DNA of 63,394 nt, the filler included. It is 7 parts of 7 records of this genome, joined end to end, with 100 filler letters (N's around TTAATTAATTAA, not from the genome) between each part and the next. Parts side by side here need not be neighbours in the genome. Positions count along the whole stretch, not along the records: positions 7,539 to 14,268 come from SRR20825010_56; positions 14,369 to 22,169 come from SRR20825010_59; 5 more parts are not named here. One strand, 5' to 3'. The translations under genes were made by a program, and so were the position numbers. Below the pieces are notes generated by a model. The model was not told the DNA's origin. It did no database searches and saw only the letters and a list, made by a program, of their open reading frames with translations. Below are positions 10,522 through 21,270 of the stretch, piece by piece (the first letter of the stretch is position 1; the number at the start of each line of letters is the position of its first letter).

Positions 10522-10542
10522 ATTTGATTCCTAGTAGGACTC
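10522..10542 (+). repeat. Degenerate second copy of tRNA 3'-end-like att sequence
   Basis: ATTTGATTCCTAGTAGGA matches ATTCGATTCCCGGTGGGA (7539) at 14 of 18 positions, in the same orientation. Confidence 0.4.
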
Positions 10543-10695
10543 AAATTAACACCGTTTCTTGAAAAATAAGAGCAATTCTAAATATTTGTGTACGCTATGT
10601 AGTACTATCTTTGCTGAAACAAGCGGTTCTTAATGAAATACCCCTCTCAATTGAGTTGGGTATTTTAGTTATGAGACAGTTTGAACTGCAAAGGC

Positions 10696-12603
10696 TTAGT
10701 AAATAGGTACATTAAAACTGACTTCCAACCCACCGGTTTCCAGATTGGAGTACTCGATTTTCCCGCCGATTTTATTGATCCGATTGCGAATATTGTAAGT
10801 TCCTATCCCCATTTCTTTTGAATTTGAATCAAAAAGCCCAATCCCATTGTCGCGAATAGTTACATAAATCTCATCACTCACCTGCTCGATATTGATCACT
10901 GCTTTGGTGGCTTTGGAATGTTTAATGATGTTGTTGGTCAGTTCCTGAACGGCTCGGTAGAGGTTAATTTTAACTTCTTTGTGGATGAGGTCTTCGTTTT
11001 CCAAATAAGTGATCATTCGGAAATCAATACTTGACAAACTTTTAAGCTGATGCTCCAGTCGGCCAATAAGCTCAGAAAGCGACATCTCATTCATGTCTGC
11101 CGACAGCAAATTGTGCGATAAATTTCGTGTATCGTTTGTGACCTTTTTGATCAGCTTCGTGAGCTGATGTATGCGGTTACTCAGTTCTTCATGGTTCTGC
11201 ATCGTGCTGGGCAGGCTTTCCGATTGAATACCACAAGCCACGAGCTCCTGTACTATTCCATCGTGCAGTTCAAAGGCGATCCGGTTTTTTTCCTTTTCTT
11301 GTGCTTGAATAGAGCTTTCCAGCATCAATTGCTGAAAATTCTTCTTTGCTGTAATGTCCTCTATAAAGGCAATGTATGAAGTGGGATCTTCTCCGGGTTT
11401 CCACATGGGAGATACCGTGAGGTTGATCCAGAAAATCTTGCCATCTTTACTTACATGTCTTTTTTCCAGACTGAATTCGCGGATTTCGCCAGAAAGTAGT
11501 TGCTCCCTTTTTTTAAGGGTTTCAGGCAAGTCGTCTTTATAAACAATATCCTGATTACACATTTCAAGCAGCTCCTTTTCCGAGTACTTCACCAGTTTGC
11601 AATACTTTACATTAACCTCCAAAAATCGGCCCGTTCGGGTATCCACATGGGCCACACCGATAGCTGCTTGTTTAAAAAAGGATCTGAATTTACGCTCGCT
11701 CTCAATAAGCGCCAGAGAGTGGGCCCGCAGCGTTTTTTGGAGTTCAACTGGTCGGCGAACTAAATCCGCAACAAAAAAACCGGTGATAATAGCAAGTAGG
11801 AGGCTGAAAAGGCCCTGTATATATACTGTTGTAAGCTTCGTCTGATCCTTTAGTGGCATAACGGAAAGCGTCCAGTTGCCTGAGGGAAAGTTAATTTCTT
11901 CTACAAAGTCAAAATACTGATTCTGAATTCGAGGTAAAAAGTATTCCACCTCACCAGTATTTGGATTTATTTTGGATAACTGAAAATGGAAATCACGATT
12001 ATTTTTGGAGGAAATCCCCGAGGTTTCGAGCAGGTGATCCAGTTTTATAATAACAGCCGAAAACCCCCAAAACTTACCCTGAATAAAAATGGGCATTCGT
12101 CCGAGAATGGCCATACCTCCCTGCTTAAGCTCAAACGGGCCGGCAAAATACATTTGCTTTAATTCCTTGGCCATCAACGCCTCTTTTTTATGTAGCGAAT
12201 CGTTTAGAATGTCGTAGTTCATGGCCGCCTCATTTCCTGCCATTGGATAGATGTATCGGATAACTCCCTGGGGCACCAGTTGCACTGCGTCGAGGTATTC
12301 ATTGGAACTCATTACCTGAGCAGCAACAGAATCAAAATTAATGGGTACCCCATCCTTGTTTATCGTCAGAGCCATAGTCAGGGCCGCCGTATGACTGTTG
12401 ATGATCGATTGCTCAATATTTCGTTCTACCGAGGAAATCAACTGATACATTTCCCTCTGAACATTTTTCATTTCAATGTCATAGTTCAGGTAGGTGGTGT
12501 ATCCGCCTATGGATAAGATGATAACACTCGATAAGAGACCAAGAGAAATGGCCCTGCTCCATTTATTTCCAGGATTAATCAGACCGTCTTCCTTACTTGT
12601 CAT
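10696..12603 (-). CDS. CHASE-PAS sensor histidine kinase (HisKA_3 type)
   Basis: TM, CHASE motifs (YIYPMAGNEAA, AGPFELKQGG), TM, PAS/PAC, ELHDGIVQ H-box, NIIKHS and DNGIG. Confidence 0.92.
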   Translation of the reverse strand: MTSKEDGLINPGNKWSRAISLGLLSSVIILSIGGYTTYLNYDIEMKNVQREMYQLISSVERNIEQSIINSHTAALTMALTINKDGVPINFDSVAAQVMSSNEYLDAVQLVPQGVIRYIYPMAGNEAAMNYDILNDSLHKKEALMAKELKQMYFAGPFELKQGGMAILGRMPIFIQGKFWGFSAVIIKLDHLLETSGISSKNNRDFHFQLSKINPNTGEVEYFLPRIQNQYFDFVEEINFPSGNWTLSVMPLKDQTKLTTVYIQGLFSLLLAIITGFFVADLVRRPVELQKTLRAHSLALIESERKFRSFFKQAAIGVAHVDTRTGRFLEVNVKYCKLVKYSEKELLEMCNQDIVYKDDLPETLKKREQLLSGEIREFSLEKRHVSKDGKIFWINLTVSPMWKPGEDPTSYIAFIEDITAKKNFQQLMLESSIQAQEKEKNRIAFELHDGIVQELVACGIQSESLPSTMQNHEELSNRIHQLTKLIKKVTNDTRNLSHNLLSADMNEMSLSELIGRLEHQLKSLSSIDFRMITYLENEDLIHKEVKINLYRAVQELTNNIIKHSKATKAVINIEQVSDEIYVTIRDNGIGLFDSNSKEMGIGTYNIRNRINKIGGKIEYSNLETGGLEVSFNVPIY

Positions 12604-12828
12604 GTCGTTGTTTAAAGTGAAGAGCTTTAGAGGGGAAACCCTTTTTTGTGTTCAATTATGTTCCGAAGATAAGCCAGAATGCCCTATATATTTAATAATT
12701 CCGATGATGTGCAGGAAAAGGCAGATGGATGACATCATACGAATAAGTTAGGAAACGATAAGTCACCCAAAGTTGCATATTCCGTGCTTTTGGTGTAACG
12801 CTATTTCAGTATAAAACCGTCATTGTAT

Positions 12829-12860
12829 AAAAAAAGCCCGATAGATTCCGGGCTTTTTTT
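12829..12860. terminator. Rho-independent terminator
   Basis: AAAAAAAGCCCG-ATAGATTC-CGGGCTTTTTTT. Confidence 0.8.
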
Positions 12861-12870
12861 GCTTGAAATA

Positions 12871-13578
12871 TCAGTTACACAATTGATCGTATACAAATAT
12901 ATGTTCCTGAAAATCCTTCCATTGGAATTTCTCACCCTCATAGCTCTCTTTAAAAATGTCACAATCCTTATAAAGCTGACTCAAGGCCTCCTTGCTGTAG
13001 CGGGACTTCTTGTACACTTCCGATTTGTTGCCGTCAAACACGATCAGGTAGGATTTGTCTTCACCGCCGGCCACTGTTATCCCTCCTATGCTTGTGCTCA
13101 TGCTTTCGTTTGCATTTGGATCCAGATACACTTTGATTTTGCTGTCGAACCCTGGGTTTAGCAGCTGCATCATCACAAATTTGTCTTTCCCTTTTGGTAA
13201 AAGTGCTTGTTCGAAATAAACCCATTCCCTATTCAGAACAGCATTCAAATCCATTTCACCGGCTCGGGCGATATTGGGGACTGACATAGCGCTTGCTAGG
13301 TTGGAGAGTTTGCTGGGCTTCACCGCCAGAAGCGTCACATCAGTTGATTTGAACTTACTTTTCGTTCCGTCTTCCTGCTTGATTGTAAAGGAGCGAAGTT
13401 GACCGTTCATGATCATGGCTGTTCCGATTGTACCCCGAACCGTATCTCCTGCCAGAGTAACTGCATACACTTCTTTCGCCATACCAATTTCGGCGTTGTT
13501 CATTTCGGGTAAAAAGTATTGGGCCTGTGCCAACACCATAGTGAGGCTGCATAGTGCAGTTGTAAAGATTTTTTTCAT
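12871..13578 (-). CDS. Secreted hypothetical protein
   Basis: 235 aa with a Sec signal peptide (MKKIF...AQAQ). Confidence 0.85.
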   Translation of the reverse strand: MKKIFTTALCSLTMVLAQAQYFLPEMNNAEIGMAKEVYAVTLAGDTVRGTIGTAMIMNGQLRSFTIKQEDGTKSKFKSTDVTLLAVKPSKLSNLASAMSVPNIARAGEMDLNAVLNREWVYFEQALLPKGKDKFVMMQLLNPGFDSKIKVYLDPNANESMSTSIGGITVAGGEDKSYLIVFDGNKSEVYKKSRYSKEALSQLYKDCDIFKESYEGEKFQWKDFQEHIFVYDQLCN

Positions 13579-13706
13579 TGCGATTTTGGTTTTAGAATGG
13601 GAGTCAATTTAGAAAAATTAAATCATTTGTTCATAGTAATACGTAGACTTGGTTTATTGTCCTCACTCGAACTTTTCAATCTCTTGAAGGCGATTACTTT
13701 TAATGT

Positions 13707-14090
13707 ATGAAAATTGAACACATTGCACTTTGGGTTAGTGATTTGGAAGCTATGAAGCTTTTTTACACTTTGTATTTTAATGCCACAAGCAATCGGCGAT
13801 ATGAAAACGAAAAGAAGCAGTTTTCATCTTACTTTCTGTCCTTTGAAGAGGGCTGTCGCCTGGAACTCATGCATCATCCGGATGTGAAAATCGGAGAACA
13901 AACCGGCCTAGTCAGCGGGTTGGTACATTTCGCACTATCACTTGGCAGCAGGGCAGCAGTTGATTCCCTGACTCAGCGGTTGCGTGCAGATGGTTTTACC
14001 GTCCAAGGTGAACCTCGTACCACCGGTGATGGCTATTATGAAAGTGTGGTTTTGGATCCGGAAGGCAATCAGATTGAGCTGACCGTGTGA
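13707..14090 (+). CDS. VOC/glyoxalase family protein
   Basis: MKIEHIALWVSDLE...GEPRTTGDGYYESVVLDPEGNQIEL. Confidence 0.93.
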   Translation: MKIEHIALWVSDLEAMKLFYTLYFNATSNRRYENEKKQFSSYFLSFEEGCRLELMHHPDVKIGEQTGLVSGLVHFALSLGSRAAVDSLTQRLRADGFTVQGEPRTTGDGYYESVVLDPEGNQIELTV

Positions 14091-14268
14091 TAGCTAAGTT
14101 GGGAAGCGGGTACTTGACTTGAAGTTTCAGTAGCTTCCATTTGCGCATTTAGCCTTTATAACATTCTTTCAAGTGGTTCCAATTGGTGTGAGAATCGATA
14201 ATTGAAAAACACTTCAATTGCCATTTTTGACTCCTTTGTGCCTGCTTATTATCCACCACACTCCATGA

Positions 14269-14368
14269 NNNNNNNNNNNNNNNNNNNNNNNNNNNNNNNN
14301 NNNNNNNNNNNNTTAATTAATTAANNNNNNNNNNNNNNNNNNNNNNNNNNNNNNNNNNNNNNNNNNNN
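14269..14368. other. Artificial contig linker
   Basis: N44-TTAATTAATTAA-N44. Confidence 0.99.
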
Positions 14369-14436
14369 AATCTCTAGCTGGAAACGCTCGATCTCTAGAA
14401 GGAAATGATCGATTTTTTTGATGCTTTCGAGCCTTG

Positions 14437-15519
14437 TCAACCTTCGCTAGCCAGCGTCACAACCTTGCGCATAAGCGAGGGCAAAGCCTCCCCTTCCAGC
14501 TCGTCTTCCCCTGTCCAGATGCCTGTCGCCTTGGCCGCTTCGCGCGCAGCGGCCTTACCGACAAAGACGGTGAGCACCAGATGGAAATGCGTGAATGTGT
14601 GTTCCACCACACCAATGCGCTTCTTCCATTTCGTGTTCAGCGGCGCGTGTTCGAGATGGTCAGCATCAGGTGTTTGCGTCTCGATCCATGGCGTTGTCGG
14701 CACTTCCATCATGCCGCCCAGCAGTCCTTTGGCCACGCGTTTGCGCAACAGCACCGCGCCATCGGGACGCGTCACGAAGAAGCATGCGCCATAGCGCGTT
14801 GGTCGCGGTTTCTTCGGGGCGCGGCGTGGCAGCGTCTCGGCAATGCCTTTTGCATTAGCGTCACAAATATCCGCCAACGGACAAAGCATACATGATGGGC
14901 TTTTTGGCGTGCAGATAGTCGCGCCCAGATCCATCATGGCTTGTGCGAAGTCGCCCGCGCGTTTGTCGGGTGTCAGCGTCTCCGCCTTCTCTCTGATTTC
15001 CGGTTTGGAAAGCGGCAGCGGTGTCTCAATCGCAAAGAGCCTTGTGACCACGCGGTCCACATTGCCGTCAATCACCGTCGCGCGTTTGCCAAAGGCAATG
15101 GCGGCAATGGCCGCCGCCGTATAAGGCCCGATACCGGGCAGTTTTTGCAATGCTTCTTCCGTATCGGGAAAGGCTCCGCCATATTCATTTGCAACAGTGA
15201 TCGCGCATGCATGCAGGTTTCGCGCGCGGCTGTAATAGCCAAGCCCCGCCCAGCGCTTCATCACATCGTCTATAGGTGCCGCCGCCAGATCATTGACCGT
15301 TGGCCAGCGTTGCAGGAAGTCGCGAAAATATTTGCCGACAGCGGCGACCGTTGTCTGTTGCAGCATGATCTCCGACAGCCAGACCGCGTAAGGGTCGGCA
15401 TGTTTGCCTTTGCCCGGTGCTTGCCGCCATGGCAGCACGCGGGCATGGCGGCCATACCAGGGCAGCAGTTTTGCCGCGACGGGTTTGGCGGGAGTGTCGG
15501 GGGTCGCACGAGTTTTCAT
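14437..15519 (-). CDS. mutY: A/G-specific adenine glycosylase
   Basis: SEIMLQQT, WAGLGYYSRARNL, LPGIGPYTA, VIDGNV and an Fe-S C-x6-C-x2-C-x5-C motif. Confidence 0.97.
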   Translation of the reverse strand: MKTRATPDTPAKPVAAKLLPWYGRHARVLPWRQAPGKGKHADPYAVWLSEIMLQQTTVAAVGKYFRDFLQRWPTVNDLAAAPIDDVMKRWAGLGYYSRARNLHACAITVANEYGGAFPDTEEALQKLPGIGPYTAAAIAAIAFGKRATVIDGNVDRVVTRLFAIETPLPLSKPEIREKAETLTPDKRAGDFAQAMMDLGATICTPKSPSCMLCPLADICDANAKGIAETLPRRAPKKPRPTRYGACFFVTRPDGAVLLRKRVAKGLLGGMMEVPTTPWIETQTPDADHLEHAPLNTKWKKRIGVVEHTFTHFHLVLTVFVGKAAAREAAKATGIWTGEDELEGEALPSLMRKVVTLASEG

Positions 15520-15596
15520 GGGGCAAGACTTGTGGCGTTTTCGTCGCCCGCGTCAACCGGCTCGCAAGCGGCGCCGTTTCGATGCAGAATAGATAT

Positions 15597-16127
15597 ATGT
15601 CCGAACCGTCCGACGAACAGCTCGCCCCCAGACGCTTCAGCCTGCCCCCCGTGGGTCAGCGCGTGTCGCAGCTGACGCGCGACCTGTTCCGCAAACGCGG
15701 CTTTGCCGAGGGTCATATTCTGGCGCATTGGCCCGATATTGCAGGCGATGTGATCGCCGATTATTCCGCGCCCGAACGCCTCGTCTACCCTCGCCGCATC
15801 CGGGACGGCAAAGGCCCGCAAGGCGCCGCCACACTCGAAATCCGTGTAGACGGCCCCATAGCGCTCGAAATCAAGCATCTGGAACCCCAAATCATCGAGC
15901 GGATCAATTCATATTATGGATATTCGGCAGTCTCGCGCCTCAAGCTCACGCAAGGCCCCCTGCCGCAAAAACCCAAGCCCCGCCGTCGCCCGATCCGCAA
16001 ATTGGCCGCCGACGAGCAACAAGCCCTTGCCGGACAGCTCGAACCGATCACCCAACCCGACCTCAAGGACGCATTAACGCGGCTCGGAGAAAGAATTCTG
16101 GGGAGAACTTCGGCCCGTAAAGGCTGA
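15597..16127 (+). CDS. dciA: DUF721/DciA family protein
   Basis: ILAHWPDIAG and ALEIKHLEPQIIERINSYYGY motifs. Conserved mutY-DUF721-dsbA-smc synteny. Confidence 0.88.
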   Translation: MSEPSDEQLAPRRFSLPPVGQRVSQLTRDLFRKRGFAEGHILAHWPDIAGDVIADYSAPERLVYPRRIRDGKGPQGAATLEIRVDGPIALEIKHLEPQIIERINSYYGYSAVSRLKLTQGPLPQKPKPRRRPIRKLAADEQQALAGQLEPITQPDLKDALTRLGERILGRTSARKG

Positions 16128-16253
16128 AGATGCCATAACGGGCCCAAAAACCCTGTGAGTCTCGATTCTGGTTCAGAGTCGAGTCAAAGGTTTGGTTGAG
16201 TGGCCCTTTTGGCAGAGCCATAATGCATCAACATCTAGTGGGGATTGCATCAA

Positions 16254-17000
16254 GTGAATCAAAATCGGGTTATAGCGATTGCGGTAGCGGCTGCTTTGGT
16301 CATCGTCGTTCTGGGCTTTGTGGGCTATCGCTCCTTCGCCTCCAAGGACGGGTCGGCAGGCGCGGGCGACGCAAATTTGAGCGAAATCGAGAAAGAACTC
16401 GCCGTTCCGCCGCCGATGGGCGACATGTCGCTTGGCGACCCCAAAGCGCCCGTCAAAATCTATGAATATGCCTCCGTTACCTGCTCGCATTGCGCCGAAT
16501 TCAACAAGGATACGTTTCCCCTGCTGAAACGCGACTATATCGATACGGGCAAAGTCTATTACACGCTGCGCGACTTCCCCTTCGACCCGATCGCAACCGC
16601 CGGCTATATGCTAGCCCACTGCGCTGGACCGGAGCGCTATTTCGGCTTCGTGGATGTGCTATTCTCCACACAAGTCCAATGGGCATTCGTGCAGACCCCT
16701 ATGGACGCGCTGAAAAGTCTGGCGCGTCAGGGCGGGTTTTCGGAAGAATCCTTCGACGCCTGCATGAAAAACGAAGAAATTTTCAACCACGTGAAAAGCG
16801 TGGCTGAGCGCGGGGCACAGACTTTCGGTGTGCGTTCGACGCCAACTTTTTTCATCAATGGCGAAAAGGTCGAGGGAGCAATTCCTTACGAAGAGCTTGA
16901 ACCCATTGTGAATAAGCATCTCTCGGGCGAAGGCGCAGAGGCAAGCGATGTCAAAGCACCATCCAATGAGGCAACTCCGGCCGAACCCGCCGCCAAATAG
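16254..17000 (+). CDS. DsbA family thiol-disulfide oxidoreductase
   Basis: LGDPKAPVKIYEYASVTCSHCA and STPTFFING motifs, with an N-terminal TM segment. Confidence 0.93.
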   Translation: MNQNRVIAIAVAAALVIVVLGFVGYRSFASKDGSAGAGDANLSEIEKELAVPPPMGDMSLGDPKAPVKIYEYASVTCSHCAEFNKDTFPLLKRDYIDTGKVYYTLRDFPFDPIATAGYMLAHCAGPERYFGFVDVLFSTQVQWAFVQTPMDALKSLARQGGFSEESFDACMKNEEIFNHVKSVAERGAQTFGVRSTPTFFINGEKVEGAIPYEELEPIVNKHLSGEGAEASDVKAPSNEATPAEPAAK

Positions 17001-17132
17001 GCGGGAACAGCCCTGATGACCAGTAGCGTATTCGCCCAACCCAGCGCTTTTCGAAAGCACTAAACTTCGGAAAAGCGTTGCGGCAGAGGCATCTATCCGA
17101 TTTACGACGCCCCAAAGCAGGATCGAACCCAA

Positions 17133-20100
17133 GTGAAATTCAACCGTTTGCGCCTTTCAGGCTTCAAATCATTTGTTGATCCGACCGATCTCATTATCGA
17201 TCCGGGCCTCACAGGCGTGGTCGGTCCCAATGGATGCGGCAAATCCAATCTTCTCGAAGCCCTGCGCTGGGTAATGGGTGAAAACTCATTCAAGAATATG
17301 CGCGGCTCGGGCATGGAAGACGTGATCTTTGCGGGAACAACAGGTCGCCCTGCCCGCAATTATGCGGAGGTCACGCTCTATATTGACAATGCCGACCGCA
17401 CAGCACCGGCTTCCTATAATGACTGCGATGTGATCGAGGTTTCGCGCAAGATCGAGCGCGATCAAGGTTCGACCTATCGTGTAAATGGGCGTGAAGTGCG
17501 CGCGCGCGATGTGCAGTTGCTATTTGCCGACGCCTCCACGGGTGCGCATTCACCTGCGCTGGTGCGTCAAGGTCAGATCGCACAGATCATCGCGTCAAAG
17601 CCAATCAATCGTCGCCGCATTCTGGAAGAAGCCGCTGGCATTACCGGTCTTTACACACGCCGCCACGAAGCTGAACTGCGCCTGAAAGCGGCTGAAACCA
17701 ACCTGACCCGTCTCGACGATGTCGTGGCGCAGGTGGAAAGCCAACTTGCGAGCCTCAAGCGTCAGGCCCGTCAGGCCACCCGCTATCGCAATATTTCTGG
17801 TCAGATCCGCGAGACGGAAGCCATCGTCCTGCATCTGAAATGGTCGCAAGCCGTTGAAGGCTTGAAGTCGGATGAGACACGTCTTGCACAGACAGACGAA
17901 CGTGTTGCCGAGCTGACGCGCGAAAGTGCCGCGGCTACCATCGCGGAAGCCGATGCAGCCGAGTCCATCCCCGCTCTGCGCGATACCGAAGCACAGGAAT
18001 CTGCCCGTCTTCATCGCCTCACGGTCGAACGCGATCAGTTGGATGCGGAAGAAGCCCGTGCGCGCGAACAGGCGCAGCGTCTTACCGCTCGTCTTGACCA
18101 GATCGGTCAGGATCTTGCCCGCGAAAAAAACCTGATCGAAGACACGCGTAATGCGATGGCCAAGCTTGATCAGGAAACAGAAGAGCTGCAGGCCGCCAAC
18201 GCCGGTCAGGACGAAGCGCAGGAAGAAGCTCGCACAATGGTCGAGGAGACACAGGTCCGTCTCACCACCAGCGAAACCGAACTCGATCAGCTCACCCGCG
18301 AAATCGCTGTTTTGACAGCCGAACGCCAGAGCCTCGAAAAGGCGATTGAAGCAGGCCGTGTGCGCATTGAACGTCTGCAAGCGCAGCTGGATGAAATTTC
18401 ACGCGAACAGGCAACGTTGACAGACGCTGCCGAGAAACAAGCCGAAATCGACCTGCAATCAGCAGAACTCGAAGCTGCTGCACAGGCAATGGGCGAAGCC
18501 GAAATGGCTGCAATGGAAGCGGAAGAAGCCCGCACTGCAGCCCAATCCGCCGAGCGTGCAGCGCGCGAGCCAATGCAGATCGCAGAGCGTCAGGCCGGTG
18601 ATCTTTCAGCTCAAGCCAAGACCATTGCGAACCTTCTGGCCGTTGACGAAAACGACCTTTGGCCACCGATGATCGACGCGCTGACCGTAGAGCATGGCTA
18701 TGAAACTGCTCTTGGCGCAGCCATGGGTGATGATCTGGCTGTGCCGGGTGATGTGGCTGCTCCTGTGCATTGGGATGCCCTGCCCGATTTCGATGTGCCG
18801 CCAGCATTGCCGGCAGGCGCTACGCCGCTCACGCAGTTTGTGCGTGGTCCGTCGGCCCTGTCGCGTCGCTTGTCGCAAATCGGTGTTGTAGATGCGCAGG
18901 ATGGCAAACGTTTGCAGAATGACCTGAAGCCGGGACAACGCCTTGTCACGCGCGAAGGCGGATTGTGGCGTTGGGACGGCTACACAGCGGCCGCCGATGC
19001 CCCGACCGCTGCTGCACGTCGTCTTGAACAGCGTAACCGTCTGGCCGACCTTGAAATTGAAATGCAGGGCGCACGGGAAGTAGCCAGTGAAGCGCGCGCC
19101 GTTTTTGAAAATGCACGCGTTGCGGCCGAACAAGCATTGGCGCACGAGCAGGACGCGCGTCGCCAGCAGCGTGAGGCACAAACCGCACATAATACTATTC
19201 GCGAACAGCTTGCTGCCGCAGAACGCGCAGCCTCTGCACTCTTGCAACGTGTGGCCACTCTGACTGAAGCCGAAGAGCGTATTCAGGGCGATCTTGGTGA
19301 AGCTACACGGACGCTTGAAGAAGCCATGATGGCCCTTGAAGGTTTGCAGCCCGACGAGGAATTGCGTCACCGTGCAAGCGAAATGCGCGACATGGTGGGT
19401 CAGTTGCGCGTTGCGCTGACAGAATCACGTGCACGCCATGAAAGCATGAAGCGCGAAGGCGAAGCACGCACACGTCGTCTGGCCGGCATCAATGACGAGC
19501 GCCGCGCTTGGGAGCTTCGCTCAACAAATGCCGAGCGCCAGATTTCTACACTGGAAGAACGCCAGGCCGAAGGCATGAACGAATTGCAGGAGCTGGAAGC
19601 CGTTCCTGCATTGGTCGAAGAACGCCGTATTGGCCTTCTGGAGCACATTGCTACAGCAGAGACTGCACGAGGCGCTGCCGCCGATGCACTGGCCGAAGCC
19701 GAAGCCCGTCTGTCGGAATGTGCGCGTCTTGCCAAGACATTCCAGGCTCATCTGGGCGAATCGCGTGAAGAGCGTGCCCGTATTGACGGGCTTGTCGAAG
19801 GTGGCCGCGAACGACTTCGTGAAACAGAAGAGCGCGTCCGTGAGGCACTTGAATGCGAACCTTCTGCCGCCCTAGCACAAGCCAATCTGGAAGAAGGCGC
19901 AGAGTTGCCAACGCTTGAACAGGTTGATGCCAAGCTCGAACGCCTGAAGCGCGAGCGCGAAAGCCTTGGCGGTGTCAATCTGCGCGCCGAAGAAGAATCG
20001 CGTGAATATGCCGAGCAGCTCGAAACTATGACCAGCGAACGCGAAGACCTGATCAGTGCCATCGCCAAACTGCGTCAAGGCATTGGCAGCCTCAATCGCG

Positions 20101-20591
20101 AGGGCCGCGAGCGCATGCTTGAGGCCTTTGAAAAGGTCAATGCCAGCTTCTCGCGCCTTTTCACGCATCTCTTTGGTGGTGGCGAAGCGCACCTCAAATT
20201 CACCGAATCGGACGATCCGCTGGAAGCCGGTCTGGAAATCTTCGCCCGCCCGCCGGGCAAACGCCTCCAGATCATGTCACTCCTCTCGGGTGGCGAGCAG
20301 GCTTTGACAGCTATGTCACTGATTTTCGCCGTCTTCCTCACCAACCCTTCCCCCATCTGCGTACTGGACGAAGTGGACGCGCCGCTCGACGACGCCAATG
20401 TCGAACGGTTCTGCGATCTTATGGAAGAAATGACACGCACAACCGATACGCGCTTCCTCATCATCACCCACCATGCGCTCACAATGGCCCGCATGAACCG
20501 CCTGTTCGGCGTGACAATGCAGGAGCGGGGTGTTTCGACATTGGTGTCGGTTGATCTGGAAGGTATCGAGCGGTTCAAAGAAGCGTCCTAA
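17133..20591 (+). CDS. smc: Chromosome segregation protein SMC
   Basis: GPNGCGKSN, long coiled coils, hinge, LSGGE and LDEVDAPLD. Confidence 0.98.
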   Translation: MKFNRLRLSGFKSFVDPTDLIIDPGLTGVVGPNGCGKSNLLEALRWVMGENSFKNMRGSGMEDVIFAGTTGRPARNYAEVTLYIDNADRTAPASYNDCDVIEVSRKIERDQGSTYRVNGREVRARDVQLLFADASTGAHSPALVRQGQIAQIIASKPINRRRILEEAAGITGLYTRRHEAELRLKAAETNLTRLDDVVAQVESQLASLKRQARQATRYRNISGQIRETEAIVLHLKWSQAVEGLKSDETRLAQTDERVAELTRESAAATIAEADAAESIPALRDTEAQESARLHRLTVERDQLDAEEARAREQAQRLTARLDQIGQDLAREKNLIEDTRNAMAKLDQETEELQAANAGQDEAQEEARTMVEETQVRLTTSETELDQLTREIAVLTAERQSLEKAIEAGRVRIERLQAQLDEISREQATLTDAAEKQAEIDLQSAELEAAAQAMGEAEMAAMEAEEARTAAQSAERAAREPMQIAERQAGDLSAQAKTIANLLAVDENDLWPPMIDALTVEHGYETALGAAMGDDLAVPGDVAAPVHWDALPDFDVPPALPAGATPLTQFVRGPSALSRRLSQIGVVDAQDGKRLQNDLKPGQRLVTREGGLWRWDGYTAAADAPTAAARRLEQRNRLADLEIEMQGAREVASEARAVFENARVAAEQALAHEQDARRQQREAQTAHNTIREQLAAAERAASALLQRVATLTEAEERIQGDLGEATRTLEEAMMALEGLQPDEELRHRASEMRDMVGQLRVALTESRARHESMKREGEARTRRLAGINDERRAWELRSTNAERQISTLEERQAEGMNELQELEAVPALVEERRIGLLEHIATAETARGAAADALAEAEARLSECARLAKTFQAHLGESREERARIDGLVEGGRERLRETEERVREALECEPSAALAQANLEEGAELPTLEQVDAKLERLKRERESLGGVNLRAEEESREYAEQLETMTSEREDLISAIAKLRQGIGSLNREGRERMLEAFEKVNASFSRLFTHLFGGGEAHLKFTESDDPLEAGLEIFARPPGKRLQIMSLLSGGEQALTAMSLIFAVFLTNPSPICVLDEVDAPLDDANVERFCDLMEEMTRTTDTRFLIITHHALTMARMNRLFGVTMQERGVSTLVSVDLEGIERFKEAS

Positions 20592-20612
20592 ATATTCCAT
20601 AATAGAGGCACT

Positions 20613-20642
20613 AAGGCCCCCGTCACGGGGGCCTTTTTCTTT
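20613..20642 (+). terminator. Rho-independent terminator after smc
   Basis: AAGGCCCCCG-TCA-CGGGGGCCTT-TTTCTTT. Confidence 0.85.
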
Positions 20643-20833
20643 GCCCATGAGAGCGCGACTCAGTCCACCGGAGGGGCGGATTGCCGCAGCCGCGAATAAC
20701 GCCGAAAAACCCATTGTTTTCAATTGCTTAAATAGTGTTAGCAGGTTCTTGACAGGCTTATGGGTCACAAGTAGGGTGCGCGCGGCTTGAGGCGGGGTTG
20801 AATGGTTGATGGAACCGGTTTCACAGGTCTTTT

Positions 20834-21253
20834 TTGACGGCGGAGCATGCTTTGGCTGACAAAAGAAACTCAGGGGAAAACGGGACCGGCAAAGACCCTA
20901 CGGGTGGTTCGAATTCACTTGCCGATCTCGATCGGCGAATTCAGGCGGCCCGCAAGGCGGCCAATTTGGCTCCTGCTCAACCAGAGAACGAAACGGTCGC
21001 TAACCGGCCGTCTGATATGGGTGTTGCCCTTCGGCTCTCATCGGAGTTGGTCGGAGGTGTGCTGGTCGGTGCTGCAATCGGCTGGGGCCTAGATTGGGCG
21101 TTTGGTACTTCCCCGATATTCCTCATCATTTTTGTGGGGCTGGGGTCGGTAACCGGAATAAGAAATGTGCTTCGTTCGGTAAAGGAATTTGACGATTCCC
21201 GTGCCGAGAACGAAGTGAAGCAGGACAGGAGCGGGCTTGGGCCCGCCGACTGA
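20834..21253 (+). CDS. atpI: AtpZ/AtpI family protein
   Basis: SELVGGVLVGAAIGWGLDWAFGTSP motif, located upstream of atpB. Start is uncertain. Confidence 0.88.
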   Translation: MTAEHALADKRNSGENGTGKDPTGGSNSLADLDRRIQAARKAANLAPAQPENETVANRPSDMGVALRLSSELVGGVLVGAAIGWGLDWAFGTSPIFLIIFVGLGSVTGIRNVLRSVKEFDDSRAENEVKQDRSGLGPAD

Positions 21254-21270
21254 AGATAAGGTCTGGCGAC

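Noticed and set aside
17700-20100. Repetitive-looking Ala/Glu/Arg-rich DNA
   Set aside because: Ordinary SMC coiled-coil coding sequence.
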